A stretch of DNA of 63,130 nt, counting the filler, from Dugesia japonica (lineage: Eukaryota), in the NCBI GenBank assembly GCA_001938525.1. It is 5 parts of 5 records of this genome, joined end to end, with 100 filler letters (N's around TTAATTAATTAA, not from the genome) between each part and the next. Parts side by side here need not be neighbours in the genome. Positions count along the whole stretch, not along the records: positions 1 to 18,405 come from MQRL01615109.1; 4 more parts are not named here. One strand, 5' to 3'. Shown piece by piece: positions 1 to 13,830 of this stretch. The position numbers were made by a program, and so were the translations under genes. Positions within the stretch are counted from its first letter, which is position 1. Each line of letters opens with the position of its first letter. The notes beneath the pieces were generated by a model. The model saw nothing but the letters and a program-made list of their open reading frames with translations, was not told where the DNA came from and searched no databases.

Positions 1-254
1 TAATTTTATAAAATGTAATAAACTTAATTTTTCCAGAATGTTGTACAATGCACAAACATTATTGTGCAAATCGGACTCATAAAGGCGACTGCCATAGTAC
101 TATGGAGATATACTATGCACAATCTTTTTATGAGGAAAGTATTACATATGTTCATCATGTATGTCTATAGGAATAGGTGAATATTTCGACTTTTATAGGT
201 TGCATGCAGAACACTTAGAGCAGTTTACAATAAATAAGAAACTATTATTAAGAA

Positions 255-3200
255 TGATACTAGATAAATAGATAGATGCTCCACCAACAAAAAACAAAAA
301 GAAGATGTTATCACAAAAGGTGCAATTAAGGTGGAATCTCATAATTTAAGATGATTGGACCAATTTTCAAATCATAGATGAAATGGATGAAGAAGATATT
401 GTCATGCAAAGTTTTATGGATGAAGAAGAAGCACAAGTTGGTGGCTCCCTCAATGAAGATGTGATAATAGAAAGTGACTTATTTAAATGTCACCAGATAA
501 AAAAATGGATGTTTCAAGGTAGATTACGAGAGAAATTTTTTTACCAAACTCTTTGATTGAGCAGTAAATTCAAAATTATTGGAGAATTAAAAAATATCAA
601 GATCCAATTCAGAATAAATGTTGAATTCGAAAAAGAAGACGAAACAAAAACTTGTAGATTATCCAATCGAGCTGTTCCATTGAGCGATTTGTTTTTCAAA
701 GATGGAATTAAACAGTTAAATGAGAAGATAGCTATACAAAGTTAGCTCGGATCTAGTTGGATACTGAGTTGCATATTGGAAGTAAATTTTAAAATCACAA
801 AGGTATCTGATATTAACCAATTATCTCGTCATAGTTATATATCAACCCTAGAAACCTTTATAAGAAAAACGCAATTTTAAATATTCAGAACAGTGACAAT
901 AAATGTTTTATATATATTATCTTGGCTATTCTCAAACAAGATAATTTTAGAGATAATAAATGTAGGGTCTCTAATTATCAAAAATACATATACGAGCTTG
1001 TATTCGACGTAGCGGATATGCCAATGAAGCTTGCAAATATACCAAAATTTGAAAAGCAAAACCCGGGCTTATTAATTAATATTTTCTCTTAGAATCCTCA
1101 ATCCGTGGAGGAAGATGATGATGTTATCATGATGCATCCGAATGTAGACATTATACATCGGTCTAAATGCGATGGAGAAAAGATCAATTTATTGTTATTG
1201 GAAGATGCCAACAAATCTCATTACACTGCAGTAATGAATTTGAAAAGATTGATGAAAAGAAATATTAAAAAGGGTGGTCTAAGAATACAATCAATTTGGT
1301 GAGAAAATTGTCTCAATGTATTCAAGGATAATACGCCTTACAAGACTCATTAGCTAATTTGTGAGAAAATTCAGACGGACACCACATTATACAAAATGCT
1401 GACAGAAAAGAATCTAGAATTTCAAGATTACTCGAAAAATATAACTCCACCCTTTGTTATATATGCTGATTTCGAATCAGTATTACAAAGCGGCGAAAAG
1501 CATTTCCAGAAACATTTACCCGTTTCAGCTGGACTATTGTTGGTAAATAATTTTACCAATGAAGTCAAATACGTCCAGTTTATTGGAAATGAATGTGTAC
1601 ATGAATTCTTAAAGTCATTTAAGGAAATCAGTAATAATATGGTACACCCATATTATATTATAGAAGGAAAAAAGAAATGAATTATGAACCCAGACCAAGA
1701 AATGAAATTTAAACATAGTACAATATGTCATTTGTGCAAAATATTTTTATATAAACTCTTCATTGGATGCAGCAGTCAAATCCTTAAAAGAGGCACCTTT
1801 GACAACAAATGAATTTAAAGATAGCAGAATAACAATGTCAAAGTGGATGTTTCCTTATAATTTTGCTACCAGTTTGGAAGTTCTGATTGAAACAACAACA
1901 ATGCCACCAAGATGGGAAAATGTTAGTGAGCAAGATTATTAAAAAGCAGTGAANNNNNNNNNTATAACAGGATGCAACAATCTATTGGATTATATGCTAG
2001 TATATTTGAAACTAGATGTGTTTTTGTTAGCCGATTTCTTTCAACAGTTCAGAAATAAATCATTGGCACACAATAATTTGGAACCATTAACATTCTTTGG
2101 TAGCCCGAGTATGAGTTGGGCATCTGCATTGATGTCATTAAATGAGTTCATTGAATTGTTGACTAATAATGATATGTATATATTTTTTGAAGGGGGTGTA
2201 AAAGGCGGACTAACATTTGTAAATAAACACCATGTTTTTAGTAATGAAAACACAGATTTATTACATATAGATATTAATAATCTTTATGGATAGGTATTAA
2301 GTCAGAAATTGCCTTATGCCGATTTCCAGTGAGTATATACTGGATCGGATTCAGTATTGAAAAAATGTAGAAAAGGAGATCACCATATGGATACACATTA
2401 GAATTTGATATGGTTATACCAGTAGAAACCCAAGACGAACTGAATGATTTATCTGTTACAGCAGAACGTCGAAGTGCTCCAGGTAGTAAGGTGATAAAAT
2501 TAATGCTGACTTATTACCCGAAAAAAAATTATGTCATACATTGAAGATTGTTGCAAATCTATTTGAAATCAGGTGTACAGATAACAAAGGTACACAGGGG
2601 TGTAAAGTTCAGCCAAGCATCTATTTTCAAACAATATATAGATGTGAACACTAAATAAAGATCAGAATGTAAATAAGAGTTGGAGAAGAATTATTTTAAG
2701 CTTTTAAATAATAGCCTGTATGGTAAAACAGTTGCAAATTTAAAGAAGAGATTGAATCTAAGCTTGTGTATTTCAACTAAACAATTGATGACATACACGT
2801 CAAAAGCTGGATTTTGAAAAAAATCAAAAATAGATGATGATCTAATAGCTGTTTGGTTGAACAAAGAGATTATTTGTTTGAATAGACCGAGCTACATCGG
2901 ACAGTCCGTAATGGACTTAAGTGAGTTAAGAATGTACCAATTGGGTTGGAAAAGTACAGAAAAGAAAATAAATGCGAGATAAATATTGAAGCCGGTGATG
3001 CGCATAGTTTTTTATGGAGATTAAGAACATAAAATTGTAAAAAACTAACCATCCAATTACAGCACAAGTCATCCCCTTTACAGTAACAGTTTAAATTCAG
3101 TAGTTAGAAAGTTCAAGGGTGAGAGTAAAAGGAAGAAATATCAGGAATGGATATTTTTGAGATCGAAGTGTTATAGCCTACTTAGCGAAAGAGAATCAAT

Positions 3201-3426
3201 GAAAGCTATGGACATGACATTAAAATCCACTGACATTTGTCATCAGTCATACCTTGACTGTTGTAATAATAATGAAACGGTATCAGTAGAATAATTACGA
3301 ATAACATCGAAAAATCATAAGCTCTACAGTATCAAAAGTAAGAGAGTAGTTCTGTCTAATAAGAATGATAAGCGAGTATGGACAGAGAAAAATTTAAGCT
3401 TACCATACAGGCATTATACATTGTAA
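255..3426 (+). pseudogene. Polinton/Maverick protein-primed DNA polymerase B, degraded
   Basis: Fragmented frames give exonuclease motif PFVIYADFES, YLKLDVFLLADFF, GVKGGLTFV, HIDINNLYG, FKLLNNSLYGKT and C-terminal DKRVW...LPYRHY; many stops and frameshifts. Start approximate. Confidence 0.9.
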
Positions 3427-6400
3427 TACTTTTCCTCATAAAAGATTAATTCAAATATTTACTTCAAGGTATGACTTTATTTTATTTTAGAAAATATTTA
3501 AAACTTTTATAATTACGAAAATGATGTCGTAAGAAAAGAAGAAAATCATATATATGTGAAAATGTTGATTGAGAGTATATACGTCTTTTTTAGGGCTATA
3601 ATAATGATTGCGAACGTGTAATAGTTCTCCTTAGGGCTCAAAATTATAGGTCCAAGAAGGAAATTGCAACTTAATCAAAGAAAATGCAATACAGATGCAA
3701 TTCTTAAACAAATACGGGGGAAATAGTACTGAGCACGATTTCTTGCTTTGCTACTTTCACGAAGAACAAAGTCAATATGATATGTTTAACTTAGATATTA
3801 GCTTTCAGGACATTGCTAACTCTTCTTGAAGCATAACTATTGATCATATTCTTGATTTCCTTGATATCCAAAGCTAAACCATTCGATAATACTTTGAATT
3901 GGTCACATACTAGAAAGTTGAATGCTTTTAGCAAACCTAGATCGGTTTCTGCTGCTGTCGGAATGCTCTTTTTCTAATAGACCATTTATGAAGAGTCTAT
4001 TTCCTATGAGAGCTTGTGTTTTATTTGTCGCGCTCGCATATGCACTCTTTCAGTGAGCTTCAATCTTGGCTTTAAAAAAATCTCTGCTTTTAAACTTTAA
4101 ACTAAGTTTCATGTCCTCTGTCACTGCATCTCGTCTTCGGAATATCATACTAGGTGTCACACTGATGTACTGAAAATACTTTCTGACTTTGCCCGCGGAA
4201 ATACCAGTTTAAAAGTCATTGTTGATCGCCCTTGCAAATTTTTAAATGGAACTGATTGTGTTGACTTACAACTAATATATTTGAAGTAGGAAAAGATTGT
4301 TTTACTGGATGTGAAAATTTCTTATAGTATTCTTGACAAAATCAAGTTTATCAGTGATTGCAACATCAGACAATTCACACAACTCAAGATAATATTTTTA
4401 GCTGTGTACCTTAAGACTATTTCAGTTGGATGTTTGGGATCGTAATGTGTTAAGAATAACTCTGTTTTAAAGTATGTTGGTCTCAAAGTAAACGTAATGA
4501 GAAACTATNCTCTTGTTAGTATTAAAATTTGTATCGCCTGATCCAGCAAGAAATGGTTATTTCATAACAGACAAGCCAGTTGTATTGGCTTTGATATTTC
4601 TGCTAATAAAAATGTCAGCAGCAGTGATTCCACTATAGATAATTAAATTTAAAGAGTTCCCAATCTTCAATCTGTTCCTTGCGACCTTTTTTCTTGATAT
4701 ATTTTTCTTTTGTGATTTTTCTACAGCGCTCTACAAGTGAAACCAAAACATAAAGTCTTCGGATGGATTTTTTTACTTTGAGACAGCCTTTGTTAATCTT
4801 GGTACATTTTGCGTACAGTCTAAGACTATTGAATTGTTGTACAAGGTGCTGTTGCTAGAAGACCATCTAATTTTGAAAGAAGACTTATAACTTAAACTTT
4901 TGTTATAGTAATGGTTATATTACTACATACACTTGATGATGTAACATGATTTCAGGTAACTTCTATTTACTACTGTGTGAGACGGGTGATAGCTTGCGGA
5001 TTCACTATGATTAAGACAATTTATGTGTATAGAAATTGCAATATAGAGATAGAGAGGGTAAAAGCTCAACATGTATAGCTCTATAAGTGTTTTATTTGCT
5101 ATTCTATGACTGAACGGTATTGCCAGGGTCGTAAGCTAAGCTTACATTTAATTAATTTAATTTATTTACATAAAATTGTTTAATTTGATTTATCTAGTTG
5201 TTTTAAGTATGCAAATTTAATATTGGAACTAATTAAGGTTATTATATATTTAATTTTAATTACTAAAAAAAGAAATATTTATTTTATTATTACTAAAATA
5301 GGAATATTTATTATTTACTTATTTCATTATTTTATTTAAATTACTAAAATAGGAATATTTATTATTTACTTATTTTATTTAAGTAATTTACTATTACTAT
5401 TATTAGTAATCAATTTTTTTTGCATTGTGTGGTTATAGAACCTACACTTATAAAATCCAGTATAAATACTGATAGCAAAAACGTTTAAAAAAAAGGAAAA
5501 CACAACTAAGTTTTTGTAGCTTATAAAAGCTGTTATTATAAAAATAAATTGATTGTTAACAAAAAAGCTGTAAAGCTTCAAAACAAGTGGTAAGCAGTTT
5601 TGCTTAAATATTAAAAATTAATTTTTTATAAATTTTCTTACTATCTATTAGCAGTATTAGGGTTTTTGCAATTGTAAAACAATTGTCAAAAGCTCTGTTA
5701 AATTGTTCCAAACTTACGCGCCTAAATTTCTTTCCTTGTTTATTATTCGTGGTGAGGGAATTATAGTCCCACCATTAGAGCTTATTTAGAACGGTAGAGT
5801 ATTACCGGTTTCCAACTCCTTCTAAAATTAATATAGAGCGTTATACGCTATAAATAAAATCATTCGCGTTCCCGAATTTTATTTGTAATTTTTATTTTTG
5901 TAAATTGTAAATTTTATTTAATAAAATTTATATCAGTAAAGTTTGTTATCTTATTTATTTATTTTATAAATATTTATAACCTACACGCCATTTTATCTTG
6001 TTTAAAAATCAATTGGAGTCAGAATTAAAGTTTTTGTTAGAGTTTTACCCACGAAACCTAACAGTATGATAAAATAGTATAATAGAATGCTGTTCTAATA
6101 ATTATAGCTGTAAACATAATTAAGCGTGCTCGATACTAATTTGTTAATCACTATGACAACGTTATTGCTAATGTTACTAAAAAGTAGTCATAAAAACTGG
6201 AGAGAAACAAAGTGAGTATCATAGAATGTAGGACCCAAACCAAAGGAATACGAGCAGCACTTAAACTACGGGTAGTGAGTTATCAGCTTTAATCTGAAAA
6301 TGTAGATCGATGACTTCAGATCTAGTTTTTTGACTTGTTCTACTGGGCTTATTATCCTAGACAATAATTAAAATTGAGTTGCCTAGATAAAGCCGCAACA

Positions 6401-7661
6401 ATTGTAATAGAAATAAAATAATCTAAGATTTAGATCACAAACAAGTGCTTATTTATCTTTTTATTGTGTTGTTATATTATCAATCATTTTTTATGTTATT
6501 TTAATAACACATGCGTTTAAACAAATTTGCATTTAAAACTGATTTCGATTTATCATAAATGTTTAAAAGAAAATTCTTTTTAAAATCATGATTATTTTCC
6601 ATATTAGTTATTTCGTAAATTTTGAGAGAAGAAAATTAAGATTAGATTTTCCATATTGGAGTTTTTTATGCATTTTTCAATATGGTCAAATGATTTCAAT
6701 TTTTAAATTAAACTATCTACATTACTTTTAATATTGATAGTTTTGTTACTATTTACTTCATTTAAGTACTTCATTTCTTGCTTGAATATTATGATATTCA
6801 TTATTACCAAAATGTTTACTTGTCAAAAGTTTTGTTTTCTACATTTTTTTGGTAATATATTTATCCATTTTAATTCATTTCTTTATTGTTAAACTTGGAA
6901 ATAGAGTTCAGAATAAAATATATTTATTCAACAAAAATGGTACTGTAACAAATATCTATAGTTTTTGAGGAATCGGCTATATAATAACGTTTGAGCACTC
7001 CAAATTTACACACATGCATTTACTTATTATCAAATATATATAAAAATTTATCTTTGCATATAGAAATATTATACAACTCTTAGTTATATCTCACACTTAT
7101 AATTGTGTTTTATTATTTCTTATTTTAATTTAATTATCCGTTTTATTTTTATTTCATTTACCTTTATATGTAAAAGGATGAAAAATGCAATAACGGTCTG
7201 TGATGCCTTTAGATGTTTTATTATTAAATTTTTATTTCTATATATGCGTCCTTGGTTTAAATTAAACACTGAGTAGCCATGTTATTTTCATTAATCTATT
7301 AATTTTTTATTGATTTTTTCTAGTTTCCCTAGTTTTGTTTTTTAATTACCATAATTATTTACAGAAAGAAAAATGTATCTGAGCCTTAATCGTCATATCA
7401 TTCAAAATTGTTTTTATCTTGATATTAGATTTCTAATTACAATATGACAACTAATTTTATTTTTATAATTTATTGTAGATTTTTTACGATACATAAATTA
7501 AACATTAAAACCAAAAATATTTTTAATTTGAAGCTACAATCTGATTTCAATGTGTTTAAATAATTCAAAGAATTGATTATATATTCAATATATTTTACAT
7601 CAGTTTCAAATATAACTATTTTACGTGACTATTATCATAGATTTCTAATCGATATATTTTA

Positions 7662-8561
7662 ATGGCTGTAGTCTCAGAAAGTGATTTAAGAGCTTTTGGA
7701 ACCATATTAAATGATGGAAATAAACCATTAGTTGAACGCTATCGTGCATTACGTAGTATGAAACAATCGAAAAGTGATTTGGCTATTGACTTGATTACTC
7801 AATGCTTTTCAAGTAAATCAGATTTATTAAAACATGATTTAGCTTATGCTCTTGGTCAAATGGCTAATGAACACGCAATAAAAGTTCTTAATGAAATTCT
7901 CGATAATGAAAAAGAAGCCCCAATTGTACGGCATGAAGCTGGCGAAGGATTAGCAGCAATTGGGCATGCAGATTCAATTGACATATTGAAAAAACATAGC
8001 AAATCATCGAATAAGGAATTAGCTGAAACATGTTATTTAGGTTATAAAAGAATTGAGTTTTTTAAAAATCATAAATCTCATGTCCCCCCTAATGAATTTA
8101 AGTCCATTGACCCAGCTCCTGAATTTGAAATTAATGAAAAGTCAGTGCATGATTTAAGCGAAATTATATTGAATCCTAAAGCAGATATTTTTGATAAATA
8201 CCGAGCTTTATTTACATTAAGAAGAGTAGCTCATTCAAAAGGAAACGATGCTCATGCTGCATTAACTGCTATTGGCAAAGCATTGAAATGTCCAAGTAGT
8301 GCACTTTTTCGACATCAAGTTGCATTTGTAATTGGCCAAATTGGAAATCCGGACTCAATTCATGTTTTAGAAGAAGCAATAGGAAATCTCTCTGACTTGG
8401 GAATGGTTCGACATGAAAGTGGTGAAGCTTTAGGAGCGATTGGAAATGATAAATGCAAAGAAATTTTGCATAAATATCTTGATGATAAAGTTCAAGTGGT
8501 TAAAGAAACATGTGTTGTAGCTCTTGGAGTTCAGGATTACAATTCTTCTGAGCACTTTTAA
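7662..8561 (+). CDS. DOHH: Deoxyhypusine hydroxylase-family HEAT-repeat di-iron protein, intronless CDS, with HD/HQ replacing two HE motifs
   Basis: Intact 299-aa ORF with LLKHDLAYALGQM, PIVRHEAGEGL, SIDPAP linker, YRALFTLR, LFRHQVAFVIGQI, MVRHESGEALGAIG and VVKETCVVAL. Confidence 0.93.
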   Translation: MAVVSESDLRAFGTILNDGNKPLVERYRALRSMKQSKSDLAIDLITQCFSSKSDLLKHDLAYALGQMANEHAIKVLNEILDNEKEAPIVRHEAGEGLAAIGHADSIDILKKHSKSSNKELAETCYLGYKRIEFFKNHKSHVPPNEFKSIDPAPEFEINEKSVHDLSEIILNPKADIFDKYRALFTLRRVAHSKGNDAHAALTAIGKALKCPSSALFRHQVAFVIGQIGNPDSIHVLEEAIGNLSDLGMVRHESGEALGAIGNDKCKEILHKYLDDKVQVVKETCVVALGVQDYNSSEHF

Positions 8562-8829
8562 TTAATTCAATTTATTGATCTGTAGCTTGTTGAAAATTAG
8601 AATTTATTAGAAAAGGAATCTCATAAACTATTGCGCAATTGTCATTTAGTCTTTTTTCGGCTTTTTTACTAATGGTATCGTCTAATTTTCATGATATTAA
8701 ATAAATTTATTATTTGTTCCTTTTATTTATTAATATCGAAACTTTTATTTTTAATGTACAAAAATTATGAAAGTGATAATAAAAATGGAAATATAAGATA
8801 TGAAAACTTATAAATTAAATACAATAGAT

Positions 8830-9036
8830 CAGTGGCGTAGGGATGGGGACGGCGCCTATCTTGCCACGGAGGCCACTTGTAGAGGGTCACTGAATGGTCC
8901 CCAAGACTTTCTGCGTCAAAAATTTAGTTTTTTTTGGTGTAAGATAAGCGACTGATAAAGTTTGGAAACCACTGCTATATTTATTACTACATTTTTTTCG
9001 GGAATGGGGGTGCCAGTTAATCTCGCTGCACCACTG
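8830..9036. mobile_element. hAT-type MITE
   Basis: Ends CAGTGGCGTAG...CTGCACCACTG; 8-bp flanks CAATAGAT / CAGTAGAT (7/8 match). Confidence 0.75.
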
Positions 9037-10464
9037 CAGTAGATGGAATTGTTGAAAAGTTATTGCACTTTTTTTGGAGAATGTGTTAAAGTAATCAATA
9101 TAAAATTTAAGTGTTACAGTTTTAAATATATTTGTAAATAAAAAAATCAAACAAAAACTTCAGTTTTTTGCATAATTATAAAATAATTTTGGGGAATCTT
9201 TTATTGATTTTAGCAAGAATTCTGCAACTAATTAAAATAATTTGATCATTGATTTTCTGATTTAAAAGCAAATCAGAAGGTTGTCAAGTATTGATTTTCA
9301 TATCTGAATGTTAGACAGGATAAACTCAACACCATTCCAATGTCAAATTTGTTTATGAAACTCAATAATCTCATAGTACTAAGGGTGTCTGCATACAATC
9401 TTATTTTAATTTTAATTAACCAATTATAANTAAACATTTAGTTGACTGGATTATTAATATTTTAATCACTAATTTATGTATTGTTAAGTTCATATTGGCT
9501 ACATTTTCATTAGAATTATTTTTGCTTTTTAGTAATGAATAAACTGAAACTAATTTTTTTTCTTACGAATCTTATTAATGTTAAATACTTAGTCTGCATG
9601 TTACATAAAATTTTAAGCTAAAATATGGCTTGAAAAATATTTAATATGTTCACGTCGTGCTGATTTCTTGCAATCCGAATTTATTGCATATGTCTGGAGA
9701 TATGTTAATGTGGCTATTAACCGACATTAAGAGTATCTGCACCTTTTTGGATTCTGTTACAATAACGGTTTTCAACCTATCTGGTGCCACACTCCTCGAT
9801 AAAACTTCTCAAGTTGTGGTGACACTTAGTAGTAAAATTAATTTCATTGCCTCTGCCTATGTAATTTTGTTACTCTTATGAATGGAAATATAATAAAAAT
9901 ATGAAATTCGGAGTAAAATTTTATTCTAACAGATCTAATATAGTTAAATAATAATTATTAATCATAATGTTGGGCTTCGAGGCTTTTCTACTAAATATGC
10001 AGTCTTATTCAGTTGAATTCTTGTTTACTTCTTTCTATTTATTACTGTCACCGGGGCATACCCTGGAACCGCAAGTATTACCGAAAAAATATTCGTTCCT
10101 TCTATTCCCAATTCAGCGGATCTTTGTGATAACCCGTTTTAAGATTAAAATTTAAGAATTAAAACATATTAGTTTGTTAAGGTTATATTCACCGAGCTCC
10201 TCTTATCTTTATAAATTAATTATAATAAATTACATTTGTTAGTTATAATAATATCAATAGTTTTATAGTCAAAATGAAATCAGTTTTTAGTATACAAAAT
10301 TTATTGTTAATACAACTAAGTACAATTAACTTACAAACTTATTGAACAAATTTTGTGATCTGAGATAAATATCGCATTTATCGGATGTTCTGGATTAAAT
10401 CTTTTCTTTTATAATTGAACCAAAGTATTCAATAAAATAACGTAGTCATTTAATGCTTTAATTT

Positions 10465-11720
10465 GGTTGGGGTGAAACACTTGATATAGAAAATAAAAAC
10501 AGCGATAGATAAACCCGAAAGTTGACAAAAGATCACGAGAAAAGAAAACGTAGAATCCAAACAGAGGAAGGACTCAGTTCAGTTAAAAGAAAGAAATAAT
10601 TAAAGAGAAAACCAGATTAGGGAGCTAAAACTTACGAAATAACCAGCAAAATCTAGAATTACAGCAAGAAACAATTCAGATATAAGAAAGCCGAAGAAGA
10701 AAAGAAGTAATAAAAAGATATTAGCAGGACAGAGAAAATAATGAATAACAACCAAGCAATTAGTTCAATGAGGCAAAAATAGGGAAATCATATTGAATTA
10801 ATAACTGAAGAAAGAGAAAATAAATTAAATGAATTAATTAACGAAAGAAAACAACGAAATTAAATTACTTTTAGATCAGAAACGAAAAAGAAATATCTAA
10901 TTAGTAATCAGGAAGAAAATAAAATAAATAATTTAGTTATTTAAATAAAATAAATCAAAAATATTAAAATTATTTATTTTAAAAAAGAAAATTAAATTTA
11001 GTCGAAAATATAGGAAAATGAAGACTTCCCATTGAGACAAAATTAGCAATTAAGAAAATTATAGTCAAGAAAAATTCAGGGATTTCGAAAATGCGAGTTA
11101 AAAATTATAGCCAGACCAAGAAAGAAGATACATGGGTCTGAAGATTGATCAATGGAACTCCAATAATTTTGGAATTCCAAAATTTCAACCAATAAGGCAA
11201 ATCAGATGACAAAACTAGATTAAATTAACCAATAAAAACGAAAAACATGCAATTCAACCAATGAAATGAACGAGGTGTATAAGAAAACCCGTATAAATAC
11301 CGATGAAATTTTCAGCAAATCAATCAATCAAAAAAATTAGTTAAAACCAATCGAGCTAGTTGACAACTAAGATGTAATGAATTGTTTTTAACTCTTGCAA
11401 CGGTTTCCGACTTGCAGGATCACCAAAGTTAATGGACCCAAAATAATCGGAATCGTTAGGCAGATGGGGATCCAAATTTAATTATTAAGTAGAATACGCC
11501 AAGTTAATACAATCGGTGGTCATGATAAGTCAAATGATTCCTGTGGGCTTGTTCCAGATTGAGATGCAGTCCATGTTAGTTCTTTTTGTTTTATTGATGT
11601 AATTGTTAATTTAATGTGTAAGTGGTAGTATTACTAATGATAATATAATTTGTAATCACCGGATTTTCTTTTGTTTAAACATAAGNTGAATTTTTCCAGT
11701 AATTAAGGTTAAAATTAAAT
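10465..11720 (+). mobile_element. 5' fragment of the TGTTGGGG...CCCCAACA element family
   Basis: Starts GTTGGGGTGAAACAC as at 50574 (minus); purine-rich body shares blocks such as TAAATTTAGTCGAAAAT with about 57000. Right boundary approximate. Confidence 0.6.
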
Positions 11721-12094
11721 CACATTGGTGTTCTTTATGACATGCTGCTGTTACAATAATTTTACATGCATTTCAATCTCCTCCGGCCGTTGTCTTTATA
11801 TCACTTTCTCGGTTTCCAACTCAATCTCTTTTGGATGTTGGGGAAAGCAGAAATTAAAATATAATAAGCATATAACAAGCACACACAAACACAATTCAAT
11901 CGATTCACACACAATANAACAATAAGAAAACACAAACAATCAAATCAATCGAGTCAATTCAAACAATTTTAACTCAAATGAGTAGAACAATTAATTAAAA
12001 AAGACTTAATATTTATTGGATTGTCAAATTGTATAAATTTTTATTTTTTTGACCTTATCATTTGAATTTATCAATTGGACCCTATTATTATGAT

Positions 12095-12423
12095 CGAATG
12101 TATTCCACCATATTCCCGCCGTATTCACCATATATTGGCCTTACAGATTACCACTGTTCTGTTTCATGGCTCATGGCCTGGTTGACCAGCATGTTAAGTC
12201 TTACGAGGATACTAAAATCTGGTTCGAATCTTGGATCGCCTCAAAAAGTGAAGATTTTTTAAATCACGGAATCGGTACTTTGTCTGAGAGATGGGAGAAA
12301 GTATTGACAAGCGGTGGAGAATATTTCGAAGAATGAATTTTTATAATAAAATTTATATATCTTAGTTATCTCTTCTTAGTTATTTATTCAAAAAAATCCG
12401 GAAACTTATTCACACACCTAATA
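12095..12423 (+). mobile_element. mariner transposase C-terminal fragment with 3' TIR
   Basis: PPYSPYIGLTDYH...MAHGLVDQH...WIASK...LSERWEKVLTSGGEYFEE*, followed by CCGGAAACTTATTCACACACCTAATA. Confidence 0.85.
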
Positions 12424-13039
12424 GAAAAATTAGTAAATTCAATGCGACTACTTTTAAATTAACTAAAATTAACGCTATCAACAATTAAGTAAACAAAATT
12501 ACTCTAAAGAAAATTAACTAAATAGTAAGATTTAATAGGTTAAACAACAATAATAAATTCAAGAATAATTCACCAAGCAACCATTTTATTATTAAAGAAT
12601 CATGGAAAATTATGTTACAAACAAATAATTATTTTATTCTGATAACATGTGTCTCTATTTCTAAAATAAGTTATTATTCAAATGTATCTCAGGATTAAAA
12701 GAGTCTGTTATTTCCTAATTATATGAGGAGAAAAATGAATTTCACTATTCAAATGATAAATTTACAATTTTATCTCTTTTCCCGAATTACTTGTGGTGAT
12801 TATTCTTCTTATTCACCAACAGTTGTAGAAATAATAATGATTTCTCAGTTGATCGAGAATTGTAGATTTAATCAATCAACATTTACTCTAATAAACAACT
12901 AATCAATAGCCGGAGTTTATTCCTACACATTTCTTAACTCACGTTCAATTTTAAATTAATTAGTTGGAATTGGTTTCAACGTAGTCTCGTCTAGGAAATA
13001 CTTGTGGTGCCATTCAATTTTGGATTTATCGTAGAGTAG

Positions 13040-13107
13040 ATTGCGTTAACATTACTCTTAAACTTGAAGAGCATCCAATGACGAATATGCTCGTTAGAAA
13101 AAGCCAT
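13040..13107 (-). mobile_element. mariner transposase N-terminal remnant
   Basis: MAFSNEHIRHWMLFKFKSNVNA resembles the mariner HTH start (HIRHxMLYEF...NA). Confidence 0.45.
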
Positions 13108-13830
13108 GATTTTAAATTAAAATTTTATGAATAATTAAAGGTTTATATAGGGTGCTCGATTGAAAACCAAACTGCTTGTATAATTTCTAGAATTTAATAT
13201 TTTAAATTCAGATAACTTATATATATTATAAGTTATTCTTGTTTAATACTCTGGATAATTACCTAATTGATTATTAATTTTAAATTTTCGCATAAACAAT
13301 ATATTATTTAAACAATTACATAAAAATGATATAACAAAAACNCAATTATTTATTCCTTGACCCAATATTTTCTTTTTGTAGTACAATCAGTACGATAATA
13401 TAAACATGAATGCGTGTGCAACATTAAAGTTCACAGATTGCAAGTAGGAATTAAACTGAGAAGCTGCATAAAAAACCAAAATTATACCACACTCTCAAAG
13501 AGGCTAAATGGCTAATTAAGTTTTTCAAGTGGTATACAACAAATTTAATATCGTTACAATACACGGAAGAAATAAAACATTGGAACAAAATTTAAAGTTT
13601 GACAAAAGAAATTAGTTGCAGAAATTTAAATAAAAATAAAATTTATTAAATTAGTTGAGAAAAAGAAAATGTGTTTGATGAACTTCAGAAGAAATTGAAA
13701 TCAGTAGACATTTTTTGAAAATCAGAACTAATAAAATGCTTGTAAGGATTTTACGGACTACCACCTGGTTTGCAGATTTGGGCCTATAACAGTATGCCGT
13801 ACAACTCCAACGGTATTTTTAAAAAATTAT

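Noticed and set aside
3700-4870. Coding-like minus-strand tract after polB containing FSHPVK, reminiscent of a major capsid motif
   Set aside because: Too many stops and no second motif; cannot be assigned without a profile search.
5718-5822. Exon-like segment with AG and GTAAGT on the minus strand
   Set aside because: Stops in all three frames; no link to the aminopeptidase.
9968-10200. TGTTGGG start (also TGTTGGGG near 11836) as further element termini
   Set aside because: No alignable sequence beyond the first 7-8 nt and no partner end or TSD found.
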